From a virus (Duplodnaviria; Caudoviricetes), in the IMG/VR virus record IMGVR_UViG_3300017933_000003, positions 1 through 64,000 of that record: a stretch of 64,000 nt of DNA. One strand, 5' to 3'. The notes beneath the pieces were generated by a model. The model made no database searches and was not told the DNA's origin. It saw only the letters and a program-made list of their open reading frames with translations. The position numbers and the translations under genes are program-made. Position 1 is the stretch's first letter, and the number at the start of each line of letters is the position of its first letter. Below are positions 1 through 8,940 of this stretch, piece by piece.

Positions 1-129
1 ATCCTGCAATAGACAACATAACTATTCCATTAGTGCAATGGAACTATGCTTCCAAAGATCTTTTAATAAAGAAGTTGAAAATTTTAATACTCTTTTCGTA
101 AAGTAATTTACTACTATAATTAATCTAAA

Positions 130-540
130 ATGATAGACCCTAATTTGAAATGGCAAGTGCTACGAGCATATAAAGATGCAGCCACCCCACTTACAGCCTC
201 GCAAGTCAGTTCCATAATTGGATATCCTATTGCATCCGAAGTGCAAAAAGTAATTCACGCTCTTGCTCAAGAAGGTAGATTAAAACTCCACTATCCTGGT
301 GGTATTAAATATATGAAAAATGTAAGAGGCGGTTCAGCTAAATATGAGTATGTATCTCCCCAACCCATAACACCCGCGCAAGAATTACTTGACAAAGCTA
401 AAGTCTATCCTCCTCGTCCCATTGAAGATGTGCTTAAAGAAATCATGTCCGACGACGAGAAAGAGAATGCCTTAAAAACATCCCAAGATGGAACTCTTGA
501 AAACGGTTTAAGATTGATTGCCAGCATTCCTAATAAGTAA
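130..540 (+). CDS. hypothetical protein (possible winged-helix N-terminus)
   Basis: 136-aa ORF; no clear family motif. Confidence 0.55.
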   Translation: MIDPNLKWQVLRAYKDAATPLTASQVSSIIGYPIASEVQKVIHALAQEGRLKLHYPGGIKYMKNVRGGSAKYEYVSPQPITPAQELLDKAKVYPPRPIEDVLKEIMSDDEKENALKTSQDGTLENGLRLIASIPNK

Positions 541-541
541 A

Positions 542-1099
542 ATGATCCAACCTCCCCAAACTCTTTTTCATAAAGATACCTACTGTGGATGGTGCGGCAC
601 GCGCTATGCTGAACAGCAGTTGTATCCTCGCCGCTGTTTCCACTGCGGAAACGATACTTACCGTAATCCTATTCCGGTCGTGGTGCCCATCGTTCCTGTT
701 CCTTATCCTGGGTTCAGCATCTATAATCGCAAGCACCCCACCCAATGGTTGATCCAACGACGCAATATTGATCCTCAAAAGGGCGGATGGTCTCTTCCAT
801 CAGGTTATGTCAATTATGCAGAGACTTGGCAGCAAGCGGTTGTCCGGGAACTGCAAGAAGAAATGGGCTTGCTGACCAAACCAGAAGACTTTGAAGTCTT
901 GGAAGTAGTTAATGCGACCAATAATAATATGCTGATCTTCTGCTTTCACAAGGACGGAGTCAAGGAAGAAGATATTCACTTCACCTCAAACGAAGAGGTA
1001 AGTGAGATTCAACTCATTACTAACCCATATAAGATTGAGTTATGCTTTCCTTCCCACAACGAGCAGCTGCGCAAGTTTTATGATTCGCTGGATTGGTGA
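542..1099 (+). CDS. Nudix hydrolase with N-terminal zinc ribbon
   Basis: CGWC...CFHC ribbon; Nudix box GYVNYAETWQQAVVRELQEEMGL; start placed at ATG 542. Confidence 0.85.
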   Translation: MIQPPQTLFHKDTYCGWCGTRYAEQQLYPRRCFHCGNDTYRNPIPVVVPIVPVPYPGFSIYNRKHPTQWLIQRRNIDPQKGGWSLPSGYVNYAETWQQAVVRELQEEMGLLTKPEDFEVLEVVNATNNNMLIFCFHKDGVKEEDIHFTSNEEVSEIQLITNPYKIELCFPSHNEQLRKFYDSLDW

Positions 1100-1200
1100 G
1101 CTTATTCCTGTTATAGAAATTACCCCGCCCCTTCTGACCAAGTCTCCTGTGCCCGCCAGGCAATAACTTCTACAATTCAATTATTAGAATTACACTACCC

Positions 1201-1228
1201 TTGACACATCAAGTGTAAAAATTATATT
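1201..1228 (+). promoter_or_regulatory. sigma70-like promoter
   Basis: TTGACA-16 nt-TATATT upstream of the ORF at 1238; the same pattern recurs at several other sites. Confidence 0.6.
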
Positions 1229-1237
1229 GGAGCAGTT

Positions 1238-1510
1238 ATGACTTTCAAAGAAAATATGGTTCGAGAATTGAACGAAAAAAGATTACAGTCATTAGAACAG
1301 CTGATTAGCGATGCTAATGCTCGTGGTCATCGCTATCTCAAAATCGAGATGGAAGAGGGCGCGGATGTAGTGCATAAATGGCTCTTTAGCTATAGACTAC
1401 TTCCTACTGGACAAGCAGTGTGGGATAAATTGGTCAGCCTGGGATTTCAACCCGAATTTACTTGGGGTGGTGATTGGGCGGGTCCTCCTGGCATTCATAT
1501 TGGGTGGTGA
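1238..1510 (+). CDS. hypothetical protein
   Basis: 90-aa ORF with GGAG RBS. Confidence 0.6.
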   Translation: MTFKENMVRELNEKRLQSLEQLISDANARGHRYLKIEMEEGADVVHKWLFSYRLLPTGQAVWDKLVSLGFQPEFTWGGDWAGPPGIHIGW

Positions 1511-1513
1511 GAT

Positions 1514-2599
1514 ATGTCCTGGCAAGATAAGCTAAAAGAAGCTAACATTAATATCCATTATGTTGCCACAGGAGGTGGAGCTAATTTTCAAGGTGAGCTT
1601 TGGAGCGAACCGGGTAGTTCTGCCTATTTTTCTGGTGCTTCCTTCCCTTATTCTCCCGAAGAACAAGCAGAGTTTCTGGGATTTATGCCGGAACACTTCT
1701 GTTCTGAAGGGGCAGCAGTGGATTTAGCCTCCGCGGCTTATATGAAAGCCTATCAGTTCGGTGGTAAAAACCCAGTGGGATTAGCTCTCACCGCTTCGGT
1801 GGCTTCCGAAAAAGAACATCGAGGCGATCATCGTATTTATAGCGCTATCATGACCAATGATAGAATGATAACGGCTCATCATACTCTAACCAAAGGGATA
1901 GGTGCCCGGCGGCGAAGCCAAGATAATATCGAGTGTGATACTTTGGCTTTCTATACTCTAATAGATGGCTTGAATGGTCCCAAAGGTCGTGAATACAAGG
2001 ATGCCACTTCCCTGGCTACCGAGAGGTTTTTCAAGAGACCTTTCTTTACTGCCAACGGCAAGAGGTTGCAAGAATACGATATTGGATATCATACCGCTTT
2101 GATGCCGGGCGCTTTTAACCCTCCGCATGATGGACATTTTGGCACCGCCGATTATATGTGGCGCGACTATCGTTATGATGTGGTGTTTGAGATTACTGCT
2201 AAACCGCCCCACAAGGAAGCTCTAACCGTGCAGCAATGTTTGCAGCGTGCCAAACTGTTGCAGGGTCATGATCGACTCTTTACGGTAGCCGATCCTTATT
2301 ATTTGGATAAGGCACGCGCCCATCCCGGCGTGCCTTTGGTGTTGGGCGCCGATGCCATGCTACGTTTGTTGGATCCCAAGTGGGGAAAGTCAGCCACTCC
2401 GACTCTGCAAGAATTTAATCGTCTGGGAACTGAACTCTTTATCGTGGGCAGGGAAATAGATGGCAAGTTTATCGAGGTGGGTGATATTACCAATAGCTTG
2501 GTCTTCCCAAACGAGCGAAGCATGTTCGAGCGTATTGCCCATCCCGTGCGAGGGGAGTGGCATGTTAGTTCTACCGAGATTAGGAATAAGACGATATAA
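1514..2599 (+). CDS. CinA/PncC-like domain fused to an HxGH nucleotidyltransferase (NadD-like)
   Basis: N-terminal VATGGG...PGSSAYF...ALTAS resembles the CinA C-terminal fold; C-terminal PGAFNPPHDGH and VSSTEIR motifs. Confidence 0.7.
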   Translation: MSWQDKLKEANINIHYVATGGGANFQGELWSEPGSSAYFSGASFPYSPEEQAEFLGFMPEHFCSEGAAVDLASAAYMKAYQFGGKNPVGLALTASVASEKEHRGDHRIYSAIMTNDRMITAHHTLTKGIGARRRSQDNIECDTLAFYTLIDGLNGPKGREYKDATSLATERFFKRPFFTANGKRLQEYDIGYHTALMPGAFNPPHDGHFGTADYMWRDYRYDVVFEITAKPPHKEALTVQQCLQRAKLLQGHDRLFTVADPYYLDKARAHPGVPLVLGADAMLRLLDPKWGKSATPTLQEFNRLGTELFIVGREIDGKFIEVGDITNSLVFPNERSMFERIAHPVRGEWHVSSTEIRNKTI

Positions 2600-2610
2600 T
2601 ATTTAATTAT

Positions 2611-2727
2611 GTGAGGGTGGTGGAAGGGCGTACACGAGCAGAACCCATAGTGTGTTTATGCGTTCTGCTTATGTTAGATAATCACACTATCTAAACATTG
2701 CTGGTTCGATTCCAGCCCCTCACACCA
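2611..2727 (+). tRNA. atypical 117-nt tRNA-like RNA (Leu-type body, anticodon undetermined)
   Basis: GTGAGGG/CCCTCAC acceptor + ACCA; Leu-like D arm; GCTGG-TTCGATT-CCAGC T arm; extended anticodon arm and 30-nt variable arm. Confidence 0.75.
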
Positions 2728-3498
2728 ATTATCGTATATTTTCTTTTTACGATTCAAATAAATTGTAGCATTGTGATAAATAAAATCACAGATATTTTTT
2801 ACATCTGTCTTTTTGCTTATGCGAAATGCTGTAGTTCCCTTATGATTAAGATTTATTATTTTTGGTTTGAAGCTGGTTAAACAATTTATTTCTAATATTT
2901 TTTTATATGTTGCAATGAATGCAGATGAACCGATTATATCAAATGTAATTCCACCGTTTTTATTAGTAAATAATGAACCATCGCCGTCAAAATATCCTCG
3001 CATAAAATGATTAACCAAAGGATGCTGTATAAGCCAATATGGAAAAGTGTAAATTAAACTTTTACGAGGGACAATATTGAAGCGAGACAATTCATCACAT
3101 ATTTTATTACTTGTGATGACGATTCCATATGTATGATATTTGCCGTTCGCATTTCTGTTAATATTTCCAGTAAAATTAAGTAAATTTTTCATTTTTTCTA
3201 AATGTAAAATGTCCTTTTCGGATAGAAAAAGTCTCACTTCTAATGATGATCGAAGATCATTAATACATCCATCAGCGGCAATAAATCCAGCAATATAAAA
3301 AGAGTTTTCAGTTTCCGTAGAAAAGAAGCCTTCATCAACTTTATGGAACTTTCTTTTATTATACTTAATATTAAGTGAATGTATCTTACTATGAATAGTT
3401 GCCCCTGAAACATTATATTTTAATGCAATTTTTTGCATGCTCTGTAATTCGTCATAGTCTCTTTGTAAGTCAGCCGGAGATATAGTAAAAGTTTTCAT
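2674..3498 (-). CDS. LAGLIDADG homing endonuclease with N-terminal HTH
   Basis: YIAGFIAADGCI and FMRGYFDGDGS motifs. Confidence 0.85.
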   Translation of the reverse strand: MKTFTISPADLQRDYDELQSMQKIALKYNVSGATIHSKIHSLNIKYNKRKFHKVDEGFFSTETENSFYIAGFIAADGCINDLRSSLEVRLFLSEKDILHLEKMKNLLNFTGNINRNANGKYHTYGIVITSNKICDELSRFNIVPRKSLIYTFPYWLIQHPLVNHFMRGYFDGDGSLFTNKNGGITFDIIGSSAFIATYKKILEINCLTSFKPKIINLNHKGTTAFRISKKTDVKNICDFIYHNATIYLNRKKKIYDNWCEGLESNQQCLDSVII

Positions 3499-3522
3499 AC
3501 TATGAATATATCAAGAGTTTAT

Positions 3523-3906
3523 ATGTTTTGTGTATCTAATTTAGTGCATCCACAATACGGTAAAGTAGTTTTCATCCAACGTGCTGAAGAGGGCAATATC
3601 GAAACCCCTTTCTTTGCCATGCAGGCAGCTCTCAAAAATAAACGTTTATGGAAAGCAGAAGGAGCTAAAAACGTTAGGTTCCTGGTGATAGACCAGATTA
3701 TGACGCTTTCTCAAATCAATCGGTGGATACATGAAGAGTATCAAGGTCTTCCAAAATGTGCTAACTGCGCCAAAATACTTCATGGAGACGTGCATACGCA
3801 TCAGCTTGGTGGCGATAGTTTATTCTGCTCACCAGATTGCTCGGGTCAAGACTATCATACGCAGATGGAAAAGTTAAAGGATGAAGAGGAAATAGATTAC
3901 TTATGA
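3523..3906 (+). CDS. hypothetical protein with C-terminal zinc finger
   Basis: CANC...FCSPDC; start placed at ATG 3523 (track start 3502). Confidence 0.6.
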   Translation: MFCVSNLVHPQYGKVVFIQRAEEGNIETPFFAMQAALKNKRLWKAEGAKNVRFLVIDQIMTLSQINRWIHEEYQGLPKCANCAKILHGDVHTHQLGGDSLFCSPDCSGQDYHTQMEKLKDEEEIDYL

Positions 3907-4157
3907 AAGTATTTGATATTTTAAAGCTCAAAGATGGTATTAAGGTTGTATGCGGAGAAAGCTTGTGGGACGATAATATCACTCATAAAGTAGATGACAT
4001 TTTGGTATGTGGTGAGAAACGATGGCAAGTAGTGTCTGTAGATCATCTCCATCAAGGATGTTTTGGTGTTCCAACTACGCGATGGCATGCTTTGCAATTA
4101 CAGCCAATTGGTCATAGCGATCTTCCAAACATAGATGATATCTTGGTGAAAATATGA
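3903..4157 (+). CDS. hypothetical protein
   Basis: 84-aa ORF, ATGA overlap with the upstream gene. Confidence 0.6.
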   Translation: MKVFDILKLKDGIKVVCGESLWDDNITHKVDDILVCGEKRWQVVSVDHLHQGCFGVPTTRWHALQLQPIGHSDLPNIDDILVKI

Positions 4158-4459
4158 TTACTTCTGAAGATCCCAGTCTCGGAATGGGAGCCACCATCCA
4201 TATTGGATCGGATCGAGTGGCTGCCACCATAATTCAAATTACCCACAACTATAAAAGGATAGTGCTACAAGAAGATATGGCTACTCGAACTGACCAAAAT
4301 GGTATGTCGGAATCGCAAACATATACATATCAACCTGATTTTAATGGAAAGTTATGGTATGCTTCCAAACGTAAAGATGGTCGATGGCGTGTTTCGGGCG
4401 GTAATTACTTACTTGTTTCTTTGGGAGTGAGAAACTCTTACTACGATTACTCTTTCTAA
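4154..4459 (+). CDS. hypothetical phage protein
   Basis: 101-aa ORF, ATGA overlap. Confidence 0.6.
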   Translation: MITSEDPSLGMGATIHIGSDRVAATIIQITHNYKRIVLQEDMATRTDQNGMSESQTYTYQPDFNGKLWYASKRKDGRWRVSGGNYLLVSLGVRNSYYDYSF

Positions 4460-4511
4460 TTTGCCGGATATATGATACTGTAGCATTAATTGTGCCACGT
4501 AGGAGAAAAAG

Positions 4512-4739
4512 ATGTCCAAGAAAGTTGCCAAGAAGCCAGCCAAGAAGGCTGTTTCCACCAAGAAACAAACCAAGAAGCCTGTCAAGAAGACGGCTGCTGC
4601 CAAGAAACCAACCACTCGTAAGCCGCGCAAGACGGCGGTTGCTGCGGCTCCCGTTCAGGATGTAGCGGTGAAACCGGTAGTGGATCCTTCTGGTGTCGTG
4701 ATGATTACACCAGTAGTGCCTGACGTAGTTAATTCCTGA
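4512..4739 (+). CDS. Lys/Ala-rich histone H1-like basic protein
   Basis: repeated AKK/KKP units; AGGAG RBS. Confidence 0.65.
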   Translation: MSKKVAKKPAKKAVSTKKQTKKPVKKTAAAKKPTTRKPRKTAVAAAPVQDVAVKPVVDPSGVVMITPVVPDVVNS

Positions 4740-4744
4740 GTTTT

Positions 4745-5398
4745 ATGTTTGTGTTATCTTTGGTGCGACAGCTGTGTGCTGATAAGCTGCCTGTCCAGCC
4801 TGATGTGCGCCAAGGGTCGGGCGCGGATGGAGAAGTGTTCTCTATTAAGGATGATCCACATAAGGTTCTCAAATTGAGCGTATTGTATGGACGACCGGGT
4901 CAAAGTGCTGACCGACCCTTTCGGGTAATACAAAAAGTATTGGAGACTATTCAAGCGGAACGCCCCAGCGCTTATGTGCAGCTGTATCAACATGGATACC
5001 TAGGCACTTATTCACGTCAGATGCATGTACGCCCCCGTGGTCGTGTTAAGCAGGATTTTATTCTTTACTATTATCTGATGGATAAATTATACCCTATTAC
5101 CGAAGACGAAGGGAAAGTATTTCATTCCATTTTGTCGCATGAGGATAGGAATATTAAGAAAGATTTTTCTCCCGACAAAATTCGAGAAATGTTGCAAGGG
5201 ATGAGTCGCGGACTTGATTTTGATACAGAAAAGGTTATCTTATTCTGTCGGAATATTAAGCGGGCGGAACAAGAGATAGGAGTGTTGCACGGAGATATTT
5301 CTCCGCGTAATATTATGAGAAATATGGAAGGACAATTCAAATTAATTGACGTGGATAGATGTGAAATTGTCGCCCCTCGTCGCAGCTCTTCAAATTAA
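4745..5398 (+). CDS. protein kinase-like enzyme
   Basis: GSGADGEV Gly loop, VLK lysine, HGDISPRN catalytic loop, LIDVD in place of DFG. Confidence 0.75.
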   Translation: MFVLSLVRQLCADKLPVQPDVRQGSGADGEVFSIKDDPHKVLKLSVLYGRPGQSADRPFRVIQKVLETIQAERPSAYVQLYQHGYLGTYSRQMHVRPRGRVKQDFILYYYLMDKLYPITEDEGKVFHSILSHEDRNIKKDFSPDKIREMLQGMSRGLDFDTEKVILFCRNIKRAEQEIGVLHGDISPRNIMRNMEGQFKLIDVDRCEIVAPRRSSSN

Positions 5399-5481
5399 AA
5401 ACTTTCGAAGGGGCTTGCGCCCCTAATTTACTTGATTATATTATTCTGGATTCCTTTTACTTCCCATAGGAGATTTATATT

Positions 5482-5778
5482 ATGCAAAGCACCAAGACTC
5501 GCAACGAGATCAAACAACTAGCTCAGACGATGGAGACCCTCGCACATGAGGTGCAAGTTCGTTTGGATGCCGGTTCCGATATTCTTACACTGGCCAACGA
5601 ACTGGTTCGCAACAGCAGCACTTTCGTTTTTACTTTGGGCGAGATGTATGCCTTAGAGCAAGCGGGTTCCACCAGGACCCGTACGGCTCGTAAGGTCAGC
5701 AGTGGCAGCACCACTTCCACCTCTCGCAACTACCACAACCTCCGCGACAACCTGGGACGCTTTACGCGTAAGGTTTGA
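5482..5778 (+). CDS. hypothetical protein ending in an RDxxGRF motif
   Basis: AGGAG RBS downstream of a TTGCGC-16-TATATT promoter-like site. Confidence 0.65.
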   Translation: MQSTKTRNEIKQLAQTMETLAHEVQVRLDAGSDILTLANELVRNSSTFVFTLGEMYALEQAGSTRTRTARKVSSGSTTSTSRNYHNLRDNLGRFTRKV

Positions 5779-6017
5779 TGCCGTTATCAGATCACTTTCA
5801 CCGTGGTTTGCAAGCCATCGCAGCAGCTTGCTTGCTGATTCTTGGCAACGTCTTCATTTGCTTTACTGTCGCGTTTGTAGTGGAGATCGAGCTAATTGCC
5901 AGCGGTTGTAATCGATATGTAGCTTTACTTTTAGCCATCCTGACAGGCATTGTTTGCAACACATATGTCGTGTTCAATCATAAAATCAGGAACTTTATCA
6001 AAAACCAGAGGAGCTAG
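5775..6017 (+). CDS. small membrane protein
   Basis: two hydrophobic segments. Confidence 0.55.
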   Translation: MMPLSDHFHRGLQAIAAACLLILGNVFICFTVAFVVEIELIASGCNRYVALLLAILTGIVCNTYVVFNHKIRNFIKNQRS

Positions 6018-6022
6018 AATCC

Positions 6023-6412
6023 ATGACTGATCCAGTAGAATCTTTCTTAGATAATCAAAGACCGTTACTTAAATTAGTAGATGAAATGCTTGATGAGTGG
6101 AAGAGTGAAACCTGCTATCAGGTGCCTCAACTACTTTTGAATATGGGAGCGCGTTTGAACTGGAACTCGGAACAGCTCCGCAAATTCGACCCCATCGTTC
6201 GAGCTTATCTTAAAGACCATCCAGTGTGGTATGTCACTCGTGGCGCCCACGGTGGTATTATGAAGAGGGCAGAACATAACAAGAAAGAAGCTGATAAAGC
6301 TGCCAAGGAAGCTGCTAAGCAAGCGCTGAAAGCCCAGTTGGAAGCTAAAGCTACTGCCGTTATTTCTGTCTCTTCTGTCCCAGCTAACGGACAAGACAAT
6401 ACCAATACGTAA
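6023..6412 (+). CDS. hypothetical protein, YVTRGxxGG family (paralog of 36459)
   Basis: WYVTRGAHGGI followed by a Lys/Ala-rich tail. Confidence 0.65.
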   Translation: MTDPVESFLDNQRPLLKLVDEMLDEWKSETCYQVPQLLLNMGARLNWNSEQLRKFDPIVRAYLKDHPVWYVTRGAHGGIMKRAEHNKKEADKAAKEAAKQALKAQLEAKATAVISVSSVPANGQDNTNT

Positions 6413-6459
6413 CATCATCAAGCTGGTAAGTTGAATCGTGCCAGCTTGACTATTTAGGA

Positions 6460-7032
6460 GTGATCATGAAAAGGCTATTGTTTTTGTCTGTGGTGCTGAT
6501 GACAGGCGTGATGGCATGTTCTTCTTGCGCCAAGAAAAGTCAAACGAGTGCCCAACCAGATGTTGCTACTTGTACTGATGCCAGCTGTCCTATCAAGCTT
6601 CCGGAAGCTGGCACAGAGACAGTTAATGATGTCATCCAAGAGGATAATTGGCAATTCACTTTGCCCGGCTCTGGATGGGTTTCGGTCAAGCCACCCGATG
6701 ATACTATCAAGGTGATCTTTGCCAACCAGGAGACCAACACCATCGTCTTCTTGGCTAAAGACCCTACCACACAAACTTCCAGCGAGTACATCATCAATGC
6801 TCTACGCTCTTTCAAGGCAGCTGGCACTCTGATACAATCAGCCCAGCAAGTGTCCATTACTGACACCAACTTCATTATGGTGACGGCGCAAGGAGAGACT
6901 CGAAAAATCTGGACTTGGATTTCGGTGCAGAAAGGTTTTGGATACATTTTTACCTGTGCCGCAGATAACTCGAATGCCGATACCGGTGCCCAGCGTTGCC
7001 AGGATATCGCCAACACCCTACAAATTCGATGA
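6460..7032 (+). CDS. putative lipoprotein (PsbP/DcrB-like fold possible)
   Basis: hydrophobic signal peptide ending VMAC; WQFTLPGSGW segment. Confidence 0.55.
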   Translation: MIMKRLLFLSVVLMTGVMACSSCAKKSQTSAQPDVATCTDASCPIKLPEAGTETVNDVIQEDNWQFTLPGSGWVSVKPPDDTIKVIFANQETNTIVFLAKDPTTQTSSEYIINALRSFKAAGTLIQSAQQVSITDTNFIMVTAQGETRKIWTWISVQKGFGYIFTCAADNSNADTGAQRCQDIANTLQIR

Positions 7033-7035
7033 AGC

Positions 7036-7920
7036 ATGGATAAAGTTCTCTTCATCGATGGTCATAATTTCATTTGGCGTGCTAATACTACTTTCGGTGG
7101 TCCAGTTAAGCATGAACTAATGAATGATAGGTGTTCGTGCAAGTCTCCGTGGAACATGGAGAATAACTTCTGTTATGGTGAGACCTACAATGTCATCTTT
7201 AACTTCTTTCGTAATCTACGCCCTATTATCGAACAATTCTCGCCAGAAAAATGTTTTTTCATTTTAGAGGGGCGACCACAGTTTAGATATGATCTATATG
7301 CCGATTACAAAGCCAATCGTTTGATCAAGACGGCTTCACGTCAAGATGATCAAGATAGATTTATGACTAATCTTCCAGTTATTGTGGATATGCTCAAACA
7401 TCTTCCCATCACTCAGGCACGCGCGCAGGCGTATGAGTGTGATGATACAATTGCCTCGATGTGTGAAAACCTGAAGACGGAAGACCTAACTATCATCAGT
7501 TCGGATACTGATTATATTCAACTTATTCAAAAGGGTTATCCTTCCATTCAGATTTACAACCCCATCAAGAAGACTTATATGCAAGCGCCCACCTATCCAT
7601 ACGTGGTGTGGAAAAGTATAGCAGGTGATAAATCAGACAATATTCCCGCGCTCCTCAAACCCAAGAAAGCGGTCGAGACCGCCAGTAGTCCAATACTATT
7701 CCAAAAGTTTTTGGAAACAGAAGAGAATAGGGCTAATTTTAGCATCAACCGTCAGTTGATAGAGTTTAGAGCGGTTCCGGCAGAAGAAATTGAGATACAA
7801 GAAGGGGAAAGGAACTTTCAATTCTTGTATGATGTATTCTCTCAAATGAAGTTCGAAAGTATTATTCGTCCCGATGCTTGGAAAAGATACGTCAAAACTT
7901 TTGATTGCATCAAGTATTAG
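7036..7920 (+). CDS. 5'-3' exonuclease / flap endonuclease (T4 RNase H, PolI N-terminal family)
   Basis: LFIDGHN, YKANR, ECDD, ISSDTDYIQL and GDKSDNIP motifs. Confidence 0.9.
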   Translation: MDKVLFIDGHNFIWRANTTFGGPVKHELMNDRCSCKSPWNMENNFCYGETYNVIFNFFRNLRPIIEQFSPEKCFFILEGRPQFRYDLYADYKANRLIKTASRQDDQDRFMTNLPVIVDMLKHLPITQARAQAYECDDTIASMCENLKTEDLTIISSDTDYIQLIQKGYPSIQIYNPIKKTYMQAPTYPYVVWKSIAGDKSDNIPALLKPKKAVETASSPILFQKFLETEENRANFSINRQLIEFRAVPAEEIEIQEGERNFQFLYDVFSQMKFESIIRPDAWKRYVKTFDCIKY

Positions 7921-7928
7921 GTGAGGAC

Positions 7929-8330
7929 ATGCGTAAGTTTATTGTTTATACTCGACCCCTTCCTGCTGGCTGCTGTCAGATTAGCACTGATGCTCCCGCT
8001 ATCGTAGAAGTTGAGGGAGAGATGATTACTCAATTGGAGGATCCTTCGGTGGGCTGGCTGCCTGAAAAGGCATTTAGATTTCGTATTACCAAACCCGATT
8101 TTCTCTACGAGCCGCAAGAAATTAAAAAGGCAGACGGTTCTAGAGAGAAAGTGATGGTTCCGCCAGTCTATCATAGTCATGCAGTTTATTACAACATCTA
8201 TCAAGCACAGGTAGCCGCAGAACGTGTGGTGCGGGAGGGTTTTGCCTTTGCCAAGCGCAAGACTGGAGCTGAATTTACTGAGGAAGACGTCAGAGCGAAA
8301 TTCTCCGAAATTCAAGAAGTTCTGCTGTGA
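7929..8330 (+). CDS. hypothetical protein
   Basis: GAGGA RBS before ATG 7929. Confidence 0.6.
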   Translation: MRKFIVYTRPLPAGCCQISTDAPAIVEVEGEMITQLEDPSVGWLPEKAFRFRITKPDFLYEPQEIKKADGSREKVMVPPVYHSHAVYYNIYQAQVAAERVVREGFAFAKRKTGAEFTEEDVRAKFSEIQEVLL

Positions 8331-8346
8331 TATATGAGATGATATA

Positions 8347-8940
8347 ATGAAAATATTTATCATCGGTTTGCCCAAAAGCGGACGTTCCACAGTAGCCAAA
8401 GCCATTACTGAACAGCTGCAAGCTTGCTATATTGATGCTATGTCGTGGGTTAAAACTACCTTTCGCCAAAAGAAGGGAGGAGAACATCCTCATCGATATG
8501 ATGATGATTATGAACATTTCCTTTCTATTAGGAGAATGGTTAATCCATATTTTGTCATTAATCATGTGCAAGATTTGCTGAAGTCTAATGAGTCGGAAAA
8601 GATTTTTGTTATTGATGGAATTGCCAGTCCCAAAGATTTTTCCGATTTATTTGATTACCGACAAGACGTAGTAGTCTTTTTGAATCGGACTGATGGCACT
8701 GCCGAGTTTAAGGATCATGAAAACATCGGCGTCTCTGTTATTAGAGATTATTGTTTTTGGCTATCCGCTGCCAACTTATTGCCCAGGCCTAAATGGTTAG
8801 AATACAACTTTAAGATTCCTGGTGAAGAATCAGATTTTGTTAAAGAACTAGGCTCTAAAAACAGTGTATTCATTGTGAGATCTATTACTAAGGTGATAGA
8901 TCATACCATGGTTCAGTTGAAAGATATATTAGGAGAATAA
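8347..8940 (+). CDS. P-loop nucleotide kinase-like protein
   Basis: IIGLPKSGRST Walker A variant; FVIDG Walker B. Confidence 0.6.
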   Translation: MKIFIIGLPKSGRSTVAKAITEQLQACYIDAMSWVKTTFRQKKGGEHPHRYDDDYEHFLSIRRMVNPYFVINHVQDLLKSNESEKIFVIDGIASPKDFSDLFDYRQDVVVFLNRTDGTAEFKDHENIGVSVIRDYCFWLSAANLLPRPKWLEYNFKIPGEESDFVKELGSKNSVFIVRSITKVIDHTMVQLKDILGE

